From Camelus ferus (lineage: Eukaryota): 64,000 nt of DNA. Both the position numbers and the translations under genes were made by a program. The notes under the pieces were generated by a model. It was not told the DNA's origin and searched no databases. It saw nothing but the letters and a program-made list of their open reading frames with translations. Positions 36,881 through 49,800 of this stretch are shown piece by piece. The stretch is from the NCBI RefSeq assembly GCF_009834535.1, contig NC_045697.1, positions 44,704,001 to 44,768,000 on the forward strand, read 5' to 3'. Positions within the stretch are counted from its first letter, which is position 1, and each line of letters begins with the position of its first letter.

Positions 36881-37659
36881 CAAAAATCAGTTGTTCATGT
36901 AAGTTTGTTTCTGAAGTTTCTGTGTTCCATTGATTTATTTGCCTATCTTTGCACTAATACCAAACTATCTTGAATACAGTAGCTGTATGGTGTCTTAAAA
37001 TCTGATCCTCTCACTATGCTATTCTTTCTTAAAGTTGTTTTGGCTATTCTAGGTTCCTGGAATTGCCATATGAATTTTAGAATCAACTTACCAATTTTTA
37101 TAAAAAAGCATGCTGGGATTTTTTTGGGGGGAGATCTATAGATTAGTCTGAGGATAACTGACCTCCCAACAATATTGTATATTCTGATCTATCAGCACGA
37201 TGTATCCTCCCTTCATTTAGGCCTGTTATTTTTGTCAGCAACATTATAGCTTTCAGAGTATAGGTTTTGCATCTTTTACATTTTTGCAATGTGTATCTTT
37301 CATCTGATTTATCCCTGAGTATTTTGTATTTTTAATGTTATTATAAGTTGCATTGTTTCTTGAATTTTAATTTCTGATTATTCGTTGATTGTTTACAAAA
37401 ATACAGTTGGTTCTTCTATATTTTTCTTTGATCCTGCAAAACTGCAACCTTCACTGCTTAGTTCTAGTTGCTTTTCTGTAGATTCCATTGTAGTTTCTAC
37501 ATAGGCAATCATATTGACATAGTTTTCTTTTGTTACTTTAAAGATGTTGCTCCATTGTCTTTTTCTGTATCCTATTTCCCATGAGAAATCTGCTGTCATT
37601 TTATATTTGTTCTTGTGTGTATAATGTGTTTTTTCCCCTGGCTGCTTTAAAGTTTTTTT

Positions 37660-37786
37660 TCTTTTGTTTTGTTTTTGTTTTTCTCTTTTTCTTATTGAAG
37701 TTTATTCAGTTACAATGTGTCAGTCTCTGGTGGACAGCATAATGTCCCAGTCATACATATACATACATATATTTGTTTTCATATTC
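37660..37786 (-). mobile_element. Short nested L1 3' tip
   Basis: T-tail, then ttattgaagtttattcagttacaatgtgtcagtctctggtggacagcataatgtcccagtc; imperfect TSD taaa(g/a)tttttttt. Confidence 0.75.
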
Positions 37787-39604
37787 TAAAATTTTTTTTC
37801 TTTATGTCACTGGTATGAGTAATTTTATTATGGTGTGCCTTGGTGTCATTTTCTCATGTTTCTTGTGCTTGAAGTAAGTGAGCTTCTTGGTTCTGTGAAT
37901 TAATTTTAATTAAATTTATAATATTTTCATCAATTATTTATTAAATGTTTTTCACTCCCTACCTCCTCTTCTTTGGGACTCCAGCACATGCATATTAGAC
38001 CTCTTGAAGTTGTCGCATGGCTCACTGACTCTCCATTCATTTCTAAAATTCTTTTTTCCCTCGGTGTTTCATTTTGAAAAGTTTCTATTAGTCTGCCTTC
38101 AATTTAATAATATTTTCTTCTACAATATCTAACCTGCCATTAATCCCTTCCAGTGTATTTTTGCTTTTAGATGTTGTAGTTTTCATCTTTAGAAGTTTTG
38201 TTTGGATCGTTTTCATATCTTCCTTATCTCTACTAAGTTTTTGACAATAAGAAATATAGTTTTAACAACTATTATAATGTCCTTGTCTGTTCATTCTAAC
38301 AATTATGTCTGTTCTAGGTCAGTTTTAATTGATTGGGTTTTTTTCCTCATTAAGATTTATATTTTCCTGTTTCTTTACATTCTTGATAATTTTTGATTGG
38401 ATTCCAGACATTGTAAATTTTGCCTTTTTGAATGCCAAACATTTTTGTATTCCTGAAAGTATTTTTGTGCTTTATTTTGGAATGCAGTTCAGTTACTTAC
38501 AAACAGTTTATTCCTACCAGGTCTTATTTTAAAGATTTGTTAGGCTCACCTAGAAGTGTGTTAGTTTAAGGGAATTATTCCCCACTTCTGAGGCAGTCTT
38601 CTTCCCAGTACCCTACCCAATGATGCATTGTGATGCTTCCCTGTCTGCCTTGAGGGAACAGGCACTATTTGCAGTCTTAGGTGGACTCGAGGGTTGTTCT
38701 TTCTAATCCTTTTCGGTGGTTCTTTCCCCAGCCTCAGATCGTATCCTCATATTTATGTGCAAATTGGTACCTTGTTCAATTGTTTAGAGAGATCTTCTGC
38801 AGATCTCTGGAATTCTCTCTCTTTGAAAGTCTCTGCTCTTTGGTTCTCTGTTGTGTACATTCTAGCTGCCTTGGTCTCCCTAGACTCTCACTCTGCCTTT
38901 TCAGCCCAGGGAGTCTGCTGGATTCCCACTGAATTCCCTCTCCCTGGGCTGCACCCTGGAAGCTCTCAAGGCAGTATCCTGGCACAAATGTAGGCCTTGC
39001 CTTCTTTGTTTCTCATTTCTCAGGGATCACTGTTCTTAATGGCCTGCTATCCAGTGTCTTGAAAACCATTGTTTCCTATATTTTGTTTGTTTTTTTGGTG
39101 GTTTCAGGCAGGAGGGTATATCTGGTCTGTATTACTTCAATACTCATTTTTATTGGGGAATAATTATATGCTAAGCCATGTGCAAGATACAGTAAGTATA
39201 GCTATAGGAATTAAGTAGAAGTAATTTCCAGAGTGATAGGAGAAGGATACATGAAAGAACTCATGTTTGAAGGTTAAGTAGGATTTGGATATATACAGTG
39301 GAAGTCTCATATCCCTGAAGTCAGAAATAGTCCTCCTGTCAGAAAGAACTATGGAGGCATGAATGAGCAAAATTTTTGCTGTTGACTATTTTAAGGGAGC
39401 AGCCCACATATTTACCTCAAGGAATTTGTGTGTGTGTGTGTGGTTATCCATGTCTTTTAGATGGAAACTATTAAGAGATACAGTGAAATGTAAAGTTTGG
39501 CCATTTGGGAATATGTTATTTGTTAATACTAAGTTTTAATTTTCAACATCAAGTTATTTTACAATATGAATTTTTATTGTAAATAATAAACAAATATTAA
39601 ATAA

Positions 39605-39810
39605 ATGGGTTTGGAATCCAACAGATCTGTATTTGAACTGGCTTTGTCATTTATTAGCTGTGTTTCTTTAGACTAGTTACTTCTCTTAGTTTCAGTTTTC
39701 TCATCTTTAAAATGGGAATAATGATGGTTGTTACCAGGGTTAAGTGAGGTCATTCCTATAAAGTACTTGGAACAGAGCCTGGAACAGATTGAATGTTCCA
39801 TAAATGTGGG
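39605..39810 (+). mobile_element. MIR SINE
   Basis: ggctttgtcatttattagctgtgtttctttagactagttact...tcagttttctcatctttaaaatgggaataat. Confidence 0.8.
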
Positions 39811-40079
39811 TTGCCCTTACATGTTATACCACGAAGGTGAAATGTTATTTCTCTTTCTTGTTTTTTTCATAGACTTATATAGTTGGGAAAAAAAAAACAA
39901 CTATTCAAATGTAATATTCCTCTATTCATTTCTTAATCTTCATTTTATTTCGTATTCTTAGTCTTTGCCTACATAATAACAAACATCTGGATAAAAAAAT
40001 GAGGAAGTATTAGATTTGGATGAATGGATTCATCTTAATGGCCATACTGGATCAACCAGATGACCTTGCCTGAATTAAC

Positions 40080-40668
40080 TGTATCTGTGTTTCTTTCCCC
40101 AACTTTTTATCTGGATCTTTTCTTGTTTTGTCTCTGTTATCCCTGTCCTGCTCAAGTTGGCATCTCCTCTCCGCAGTTTTTCTTCTGTGGATTTCCTTCT
40201 GGAAGGGAGCTTTGCTTGGTTAGTTTTGAGACTTTGTGGGAACCAAGCTCCCCCAGCCCCTTTAGATGTTGCTGAGAACCTCTTGCACTGCAAATGGGAA
40301 TGTAATGAGTTCTTCTGAGTTTCAACCACTGTCTTCACATTGGCCCATGGTGCTTCCCCGTGAACACTTGCTGCCAATTTTGGGGTTTTCCTGTGCTCAG
40401 ATCCATCAGATGCTCTTTGCTTCTTTCTCTTTCCTTGTGCATGGCAGGGGATACCACATGGTTCTTGTGGCTGCTGGTAGCTTATCCCCATCTGCTCATA
40501 TTTTCAGGTTCCTAGGGAAATCTTATCATTTGTTTGTCACCATTTGATGTAAATATTGTTCATGAGTTTTTGGTTTTAGTATCCTGGTTGCTCTGTCTGC
40601 TTTTATGGGGGGATTTGGGGAGATTTAAAAACTATATTGTGGCTGTCATCATATTCCCAGAATTCCTC
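40080..40668 (-). mobile_element. Ancient L1/HAL1-like 5' end fragment
   Basis: T-rich decayed sequence ending ggggatttggggagatttaaaaactat...ggctgtcatcatattcccagaa, resembling the antisense of an ancient L1/HAL1 5' terminus. Confidence 0.5.
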
Positions 40669-42429
40669 CCTGATCAGTGTGTTTTTCACATTTATCTCTC
40701 CATTTGAGATACAGCCAACAGTTTTCTGGAAGCTCTGACCCAAAGGTTAATGAAATGGAAACTAGATTGTGATAAAAGAAACTAGCCTAGCTGGAGGTGG
40801 CTTGCTAGTGGGGTTATTTTAATGCAACCATTTAATTTTTCTGAATGTGTCTGTCTGTGGCTTAGGATACATTGCTTCCTTATTATTTAATTTACAAATA
40901 TGATGACAGTGTATATATCATTTTTATGCATTTCAGATATGCCATAAGCCAGTTTCTGTTTTCTTGCCCTATAAACATGAAAATTACTAAAAAATTTTTG
41001 ATACAGCACCATTAGCTTAAAATTCAGGTATTGGTTCTATTCCATATCACTAGAATAATGAAGGGATTTTACTTTTTACCATGTTGAGCACTTTTTTTTT
41101 AGTCTTCTTTTGTGAGCTGGGGTTGCTTTCTTTTTTTCCCCCGACCTCTTGTTTTTCTTGGTCTTAAAAATCATTCAGATTGGAAATGTAGGTGTTGAAA
41201 AGCTTTTTAGGGTTTTCATTAGCTTCAAACCTAGACAGTGTCAATTAAACCAATCCAATTTCTTTTGGAATTTTTCTTCTTTTTTTTTGAGGAAATTAAT
41301 CACTGCAGAAATAAACATGTCATCTGGTCACTTGAAACCTTATAGATTTTTGTTCAAGTTTAAAATTGATTAGAGGTAGTGCTTGGTAGTGGCATGGGGT
41401 GAGTGAGAAAGGAAGGGGACAGAATTAATTATCTCCCCAAATCTATCACACTCCAAGGGCATTTTCTGAAGCATTCTTATTAGGAGTGTATTGTTAGACC
41501 TCATCATGAAAGGTAAGTGTATTAGCAATTTTTCCTGATTCACAGGAGAGGAAAATGGGAATCTGAGAAATTCTTAAAAGTCCAGAAAGATGTAATTAAT
41601 TCCCACATGTCTTCCTTGTATTCCGTGTTCTGCCACAGAAATAGCTGAACTTCCATCAGCAGTGATCATTAATGACCTATACTCTCCCTTACAGTAACGA
41701 TTTTCTCTTAATTTTCAGAAAGCTCTCATTTTGGAAACTAGAAATTACTGCTATCACACAGATTTTTGTGCACAGGTGGACTTTGATGTACTTGGGTGAT
41801 TTACGTCCAGGAGAGGTTTTCTCCTTTTCTGACCTCACTGCTTTGTCCCCAGTACAGCCCATGTGCTCCCCTCTTGAGTCTCGCCATGTGTGGTACCCAG
41901 CTCAGGATTGTTTAATTCCCAGTTCCCCACCCTTGCCAGGCTATTGTCTGCTGCCTGAAAAGCCTCCTAGTGTCAGCTTTGTTAGTAAGAGTTAATCTCT
42001 CCATTCTTATCTAGCTCAAACTCAATTCCTGCAGGAAGTTTTCTATTAAAGCTGTTTATTCCCTCTGAGGTGCCACTGGGGCAAAATCCCTTCAGCACGT
42101 ATATTTTTGATTTGAATAATAATGCTTCTCACTGCATTTAATATGGCTTTTAGTCCAAACTGAGCTCTGAGTAATGATTACTAACCAACTAACCTATTAC
42201 CTTTCCTTGTAGGAAAACCAGTAAGTAAGACTCATGTATCAAAAGTCTGTATTTATTAACATTTTGAGTGTAAGAGGGTAAAACAAATGTTCTATGGAAA
42301 CAAAAGGAGGATGAGTTTAGATAAATTGGGTTTTATACTAGAATTTGGTTATTTGCATATCAACATTTAAATATGGCGTATAGTAATAACTTTATAAATG
42401 TTATAATAAATAATAAATGTTTGGATAAT

Positions 42430-42670
42430 AAAAATAGCTACTATGTATTACTGAGTACCAGGCACTCTGTAAAGGAACCTGGATTACCTTGTCTTATCCT
42501 CCCAATACTGGGAGGTATGTACTATTGTTATACTCATTTTACATGTAGGTAGCGACCTTGATACTTAAAGAAGTTAGGTAACTTGCCCAAGATCACCCAG
42601 GTTATAAATAGCAGAGAAGTGGTTTTATTACAGTTGATCTGCACATAGAACTTAGGTTTTTAACCACTCC
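42430..42670 (-). mobile_element. MIR SINE
   Basis: aatagctactatgtattactgagtaccaggcactctg...gaagttaggtaacttgcccaagatcacccag. Confidence 0.8.
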
Positions 42671-43329
42671 ATTCAGTTCTTAATACCAAGAATAAGAGCA
42701 CCATAGTGAATCATCTTTTGTCCTGTCTGTTTTTATCATATCCAGGCAGATTTAAATAGTCTAGAGCAGTGGTTTACAAAAACGTTCTCCAGACCACCTG
42801 AATCAGAATCACTCTATTAATATGACCGATTCAGTGATTAAGTGTGACATGTAATCTAAGTGCAGCTTTAGCTTTTTCTTCTACCTGGTTTTGTTCACAG
42901 GTCCATTCCCCACTGATTCTTGCTTTAGGAGGTCTTCCTGGGCAGGACCTAAACCAATCAGAGGCCTGCTCTTTCTTGTGTGGCCCACCTGTTCTAAAGA
43001 AAACACACATGCATCTCTTGCACCTGTAAATTCTGAGAGCACATACTGATCATAGCCCCCAGCCAACAAGATTTTGTGACTTCAGGACACTTTCACTTTT
43101 TCAGAGATTATGTGGATCCCTGTGTCTTTCCATGACCAGGAATACATTGCAGGTTCTGGGAGTGGTCGCATGAGAGCCCCACTCTCTTTTCGTATTCTGA
43201 CTGTATTTTATTTCCTTGTACAGATGAGGCATTTGATGTCATGGAACTGGTTTGAAACATTTCTTTCATAAATTCTGTGCATAGAAGGGTCGGTGAGCAG
43301 GTGTGTTTTATGCTCGCTTTGATATCTAT

Positions 43330-43818
43330 TGTGTTGGTGCCTGTGTCCCTCCAGACCCACCCTCCATCTCTACTATCCTCCTGTGTGGCCCAGGACACTG
43401 ATCAATATGGATTTTACCAGTGGACTCCCTTGCCTGCTGGCTTCCTGTGGAGTTGGTCAGCAGGGAGTCTGGGGAGAAGCCAGGAAGAAGAGTAAGGTGG
43501 GTTAGTAATCCCCTGGCCCTTCCTCCTGGTCTCCCTGGGCTGCCTGCATCCCTGAGCCAAGGCTGTTTGTCAGGCAGCCCTCTCCACCCAACTCTTCTTC
43601 TCACTGATTTTGGTGACAGCTCCCTTCCCTTGTGTTTTTGGGTATAGGGATGTTGACAGGTGCCATGCTGTTACTAGACTAGGGCCACTGCATCACCCCT
43701 TGTGGTTTTGCTATACTCTGCCCATACCTTTTGTAAATCCTCCCTTTGTTAAACTCTCTTCATGTTACCCAGCTTCAGGGTGCCATCTGCTTCCTGCTGG
43801 GATCCTATTTGATATGAC
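43330..43818 (+). mobile_element. LTR33-like ERVL solo LTR
   Basis: ggactcccttgcctgctggcttcctgtggagttggtcagcaggga...tttgtaaatcctccctttgttaaactctctt...gtgccatctgcttcctgctgggatcct. Confidence 0.8.
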
Positions 43819-44466
43819 CCTTTAGTTGAAATGGACATAGAGATGCTGCCATTTTAACATTCTGTTACGTGCATTAAAAATAGAGATTCCTTAGGCCCCC
43901 ATTAGACCTACTGGATCACAGTCTGTGGTCGTGGCATTTGGGAGTCTGCATTTTTAACAAGCACCTCAGATGATACTAATGCTCACTAAAGAGTCAGATT
44001 TAACAGAAGCCTAACATCAGTTCAGGAAGTGTAGAGATCAAGTTTTGAGTGAGGCCCAACCTGTAGGGATTGAACTATTTTGCCGCCTAGAAGGCTTACT
44101 AAGTTCAGATTGGCAAAGTGCTTCCAGGATCAGTAACTGAAAAATATTGTTTCCATATTATCCATGTAGCATTTGTGTTTTCTTATATTTTCTCTAGAAA
44201 TTACTTCTTTTAAGTGAATTAATTGGTATTTTTGACTGCCACACAAAACTCCTATGTGTGGTTATTTTCTTTTACTTTCCTTGAGATTACAGACATCGAT
44301 TACCAGTATCAGTTCAAGTTAATTGTTGGCCTAATACACAGATCTAATATCACATGTTGTTAATACTCCAATTTAATAAGCAATGTTTGAAATAACTATT
44401 ACTGCTACATGTTTCCAGAACAACATTTTTTAAAAGGGAGATTTTTGGAATTAATTTTACTAAGGA

Positions 44467-44973
44467 CGTGACAGGCATAATAATGGTCCACCAAAAATGT
44501 CCATGTCCTAATCCCTGGAACCTGTAAATGTGTTATGTTACATAGCAAAGAGGAATTAAGGTAGTAGATGAAATTAAAGTTGCTAGTCAGATGACCTTGA
44601 AATGTTGAGATTATCCTGGAATATCCGAGTGGTCTCATTGTAATTACAAAGATCCTTCTTAACAGTGGAAGAGGAGAGCAGAAGTCATTGCTATGTGATC
44701 TGAGAGGGACTAGATCTGTTGTTGACTTTGCGGGTAGAAAACGGTCATGAGTCAAGGAGTGAAGGCTCCCTCTAGAAGCTGGAAAAAACAAGGAAATGTG
44801 TTTTCCCCTAAAGCTGCTGGGAAGGAACACAGCCCTGCCAACACCTTGGTTTTAGCCCAGTGAGCCCTGTGTTGGACTTCTAACTTACAGATATGTAAAG
44901 ATAACATGTTTATATTATTTTAAGCCAGTAAGTTGCTGGTAATTTGGTACAGCCACAGTAGAAAACGGATATA
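44467..44973 (+). mobile_element. MLT1(D)-type MaLR solo LTR
   Basis: gtccatgtcctaatccctggaacctgtaaatgtgttatgttacatagcaaagaggaattaagg...ctagaagctggaaaaaacaaggaaa; near-TSD aagga/aaggt. Confidence 0.9.
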
Positions 44974-45389
44974 AAGGTTTAAAAGAAATACGGAGAGATT
45001 TCAAATAAGAAATCAGTGCTTTAACTGGGGTCATTTACCCTGCAAACCTCAAAGTATTGCAAAGGCTGTAATTATCATGTCTGAGTGTTTGAAAATTTAA
45101 ATTCATTCCTTTGGCTCTCTGGTGGGTGACATCATGAGTTTTTGATATTTTAATTATGGGGTTGGTCGGGGAAGCACATTATACACAGAGAGCAAGAACG
45201 AGGAACCTGTGACATGCTGTTGGACCCACTCTGAGCCAGGGCTTGACTGCCTGGCTGACCTTCAGTGAGTGGCAGGCCAGCCCCTGAGAGAAGATACCTC
45301 CTTAGAGACCCTGTTCTGTTGTGTCTCTGGGAACCTGTCAGCCCATCACTGTGCCGGTGGTGGAGGGTAGGCAAGGAGCAGGAGTACCT

Positions 45390-46820
45390 GTCTGATTATC
45401 TTTCTTATCTTTTCCATTTTCTGTTGTATTTTTTGTTTTACTTATTATCTCCCAATTCTCATACTAAAATCTTTACATTTGCTATCATATTTTTAATTCC
45501 CCAAAACTAGTTTTTTATTTTTGAATGATGACAAAGACTCCTTCCTTGACAAAACAGTAGTCAGGCTCTGCTGAGCCCTCTTCTTGACATGTCTCTCCTT
45601 GACCTGCTGGCCCAATTTTAGTGAGAATCCTGCTAAGCCAGTTTAGTGAGAATCCCCCCAACCCTTGATATCCAATCAAATTCCTCACCCCCCCTCCAAC
45701 CCCTTTGAGACCTAACAAATTTCTTCTTAGCAATTTCCCATCTGCTGCCGGACTCCCTCATCCTGCCCACCGGCTGTAAATCCCCAGCCGTCCCTAGTGT
45801 ATTTGGAGTTGAGTTCAATCTCTCTCTGCAACTGCAAATAGTCATGGTCCTTGTTGCAGTAATCCTGAATAAAGTTTTCCTCGCTTGTTTGACTGTCCAG
45901 TGCAGCTTCTCTTTGACAATGCTTCTTTCATAGACTCTTTTCCTTCTTTGTTTTAGTTCAGTATCTTCTCTTATCAATCAGAGAACATTAGGGATGGGCT
46001 TTTAAAGTTTTCTTTTCTCAGCATTTTTGAAAGTCCACATTTAGATAGGTTTTTTTGAAAATTTTATTTGCCCCATTCTGTTTTACATATTTAAGAAGGG
46101 GGCACTAAAATTCTGATTGGCAGTTCTGTGCGTGACTGGTCAATGGAAGGGTTTAGTGGAGGGTGATTAGACGAGGCCACTTCAGTTGCCTCTGCCTCTT
46201 CCTGCATTTCCCCACCATCAATACCTGTGGCTCCATTCTCTGGGCCTGAGTTTTTCCAAAGAGAAATTTCCCAAACTCCCAAACTCCTGCCTGTTGGGAA
46301 AGATATAAGGCTAGCTACGTGAGTTCTGGATGCAAGCGTGAGTGAGACACGGGGAATCTCACCTTCTAATATGTGGCTTTTATGTACTCCCCCCGTCTTT
46401 AGTGTGATACCCCTTATTCTCTGTGTCCCTGGTGTCCGCTAGCCCACAGTCCCTCCCATTCCCCATCTCCAGAGAGTGGATTTGGAGTTCTCTGCAGGTG
46501 TGGGGTGATAACTAGAGCAGTCTTACGCAGGTGCCCAGTCAGTCGTCCTGTTTTAACCCCAGCCCAATTACCCAGTCTTTTGGAGGTATATGGTTACTCT
46601 GCTGAGTCTTTTAATCATTCTGAGGAAGTAAAGTTGGTTGGTTTCCTGGTTTCTTTCACTGCTGTTTTAAGATTAAATTTTCTCAGGTCTGCGAAGTCAG
46701 GATCACTTGTTTGTCTACTCTCCATCCTCCAATATTTTGTTTCTGTCTTCTGTTTTTGGAAGGTCTTTCCTGAAAGTGGAGTATCAGAAGGTGTTCAATG
46801 TATCATGTTTAACTGGAAGT
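45390..46820 (-). mobile_element. HAL1/ancient L1-like 5' region, split by the MER31-like LTR
   Basis: T-rich decayed LINE-like sequence on both sides of the LTR; ends atcatgtttaactggaagt, like the antisense HAL1 5' terminus. Confidence 0.5.
45529..45918 (+). mobile_element. MER31-like ERV1 solo LTR
   Basis: TGACAAAGA...TCTTTGACA termini; gagaatcctgctaagccagtttagtgagaatcccccaacccttgatatc; AATAAA near the 3' end; near-TSD atga/atgc. Confidence 0.85.
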
Positions 46821-49800
46821 AAATGTACATTTTAGAAAGGTTTCCAAGTTATTAACCAATTATCTTCTGGTTTCTTCTCAGTCAATAAGAAATTCAATTT
46901 ATCTTAACATCCCAGTTCCTCCCAGCAAATGTAGAATTAATAAATGGTGATGGAACTATTGATTTATTATATAAATAGGTACACTATGTTTCCTTGACAC
47001 TTTTAAAAGGATATAAAGAAGTACTATATTAAAGAAATCCAATTGAAGGCAAAGAATTTACAATAGAGTATAAATTACATAAATGGGAACTACCTCACCC
47101 AGCATATTGCATTAGAGCTGAGGATTATCTCAGTAATCACCTAACAATAGGGGTCCATATTGATTTTAACTGCTAATTATGTCAGGGATGTGCCCCTGAG
47201 TCAGAATTTTAAATCTAATTCTGTTTAATCTGAAAACACTTCCTGAACTCTGAGTTGTAATTTAAACAGAAAAGATTACAGACCCTGGCAAAACAACAGA
47301 TCTGAGTAGCTTATCCCACAAGAACTGATTAAGAACTTTTTCATCATCTTTTATGATGACAGAATCTGGGCTTGTATTTTGGACCAAGGGGTTATAAACT
47401 GGGATAACCCAAGTGGAATAAAGCTCCCAACAGACTCAGAATTAATAAATGATGATGGAACTATTCAGCCATTAGGATTGGGTTTTCCCTTTGTTTGTTA
47501 AGGGCATTTGAGTGAAAAATAAATCAGAATTTTATTAGAATCTAAGGAATGAAGTAAAGAAGAATCAAGAGTAAACATGGAGGAAGATAGTGAGTTCCTA
47601 TTTGGTAAAATCCAGGACTCACCTTTCTCTGGAATAACGCCCAAGTCTCTGCCTTCCTTTTAAAGGATCTAGAAGTAAACACTGACAACAGCTTTTTGTC
47701 AAAGCCAAGACTGATTCTTGGATCAGTGCTGTCATGTTCTTCTTTTACATAAATTAAATTTGATAGTGGCTGAGATTTTTGAGAAATATTTTAGGTCATT
47801 ATTGATCAGCTCAGCCACCCAAAGGACTCTGTTTAAAACAGTGTCCTGAAACATCATATGAATGTTTCATTTTCTTAGATGTTTAGATCCAAAACAGGGC
47901 TTAAAATATCTTGTTGGTAGATAGATACGAATTTTTGGCTGTCAAGGAGGTGCGAAAGATTAGTTGAATTGACTCCTGCTTCACTCCATTCCAAATACAT
48001 GTTATAATGTTCCAGAACATTTCCAAATTAAAAAAAGAATGCTTCTTATTGAAAACAGAGTTCCACAAGTTGATGCCAGGTGGTAAGGAGAATCAATTTC
48101 TAAAGAATCCTCTGGCACATTTCTTTTTTTATGAGTAGCATAACCTTTAACAATATTCTTTCCATAAACCTCTTTTACCTACAAAATAAGATTTATTTTC
48201 AGATGCTCTTTCAACAAAACCAAACAGTTTTTCATACAAGGAAAAGTATACTAGATAGGCCTTCATACTATGTCTTTAGTTTCAATACAACAAAACAGAC
48301 TTAAAATATTTTTTTGAACTACTTTTGTCAAATACCCGGTTAGACTATTGCATTGTCAAATATTTAAGTCTACAAGTATGTATCAATTAAATGTGTTATT
48401 GTGTCCTAGACTACAGAAAAATATGTTTTCTGGTTTAATTTTATGAAAACACCTACCACAGTGCCTGTCACATGATAGATGCCTATTAAACATTTTCTGG
48501 ACTTCAACACCTGTTAAATTTTTTGACTACCCACTGAAAAATAAAAGGTTTTCAGAAGCAAATGATTAAGCAAGACTTAAGCCTTTTAGGCAAGTGAAAA
48601 TGAAGAAATGTTCAAATCATAATCTTAGAGCAAATAAGTTATCTATCACTTAACTCTTAGGTAGAATTGCTATTTTGTTAGTACTGGATGTAAAATATCA
48701 ACTGTACCAGTTGGTGTATGGCTGCTGCTCTGAGTACCTACCCCTTCTACTGCCCTCAGCATCGTGGACCTCCCTATGACCCAGCAATTAAATGATTTAT
48801 TAAAGAATCCAGCTTGGCACAATAGGGGGTCTTTAGGACCCAGAGGCCATTCTGATTGACAGATGTCTGGGGTATACTGTTGTCAAAGATCTTGACTATC
48901 TATCATTCTCTTTACTCACCAGGTGATATTTACTTGGGAAAATCAAATAAATTTCAAACATAACTGGAGGCAGATTTTATTAGTGTGCAAACCAGTTCTT
49001 TTTGGGTGGTGGGGGAATAGGATGTATCATTTCCTAAGCTCTTTTTCACAGAAATATAGTTCATTCACTTGAAAAATGCTGGATTGAGCAAAGTTACACC
49101 TATTTCTTTGTTGTAGAACTTTTCAGAGCCTTTAACATATGACTTTACATTTTAAATCTCTAGGAAGGGATATCTCTATTTCCAAACCTTACTTAATGAT
49201 GAAACTTTTTTTTTAACCATGGACACCAATTAATATCAATTGATATGATGTGTATTAAAATTTTAAATATTTAAGATAGCCCTTGCTGCTTCTCATATTT
49301 ATTAAAAATCAGCATTATTCACTTTTTGAATTATCAGTTTTATGGCAGAGCAGAAGAAAAGTTAATGTTGATCAAAGCAAAGAAAAGTCAGAGCTGACTA
49401 TTGTAGTCAGAGCAGGCTAGATCCAGCTGTGGGAACGCCCAATCCCCGAATCCTAGCTGGTTTCACACAACAGTGGCTCATGCAAAGGCTGCTGTGATTC
49501 GAGACACTTTCCTTCAAATAGAGACCCAGGGATGGGGCTGCTTTTTTCTTGTGTTGAGGAGCTGGTAGAATCTTTGGTGAGCCCGCAGTCTCTACTGAAA
49601 CTGTATTGCAAAAATCAGGATTAGGTACTTTCGTATGTTGGTTGTCCTTCATTTTAATTTTAGTAAATAAATACATAACAAGCTATGTGTTTTCACCCTC
49701 CTCCAAAAGTATTTTTTCCATTCTGCAAATTATCCATGGAAAAGTACCAACTGGCTTTGCTTAGAGTGTCTGTCATTTTTACCATCACATGCTCAGGTAT

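Larger units (their letters stand above)
34442..39138 (-). mobile_element. Old LINE-1 (L1M-type) spanning 5' region to 3'UTR, internally deleted, host to four nested insertions
   Basis: 3'UTR at left, ORF2-like and ORF1-like peptides in ORF 37393-37599(-), 5' region to ~39138; flanking direct repeat aa(c/t)actcatttt at 34430-34441 and 39139-39150. Confidence 0.8.

Noticed and set aside
47341..47470. ATGATGA C-box-like motifs and a 7-bp hairpin (possible snoRNA)
   Set aside because: No suitably placed CTGA D box with a terminal stem.
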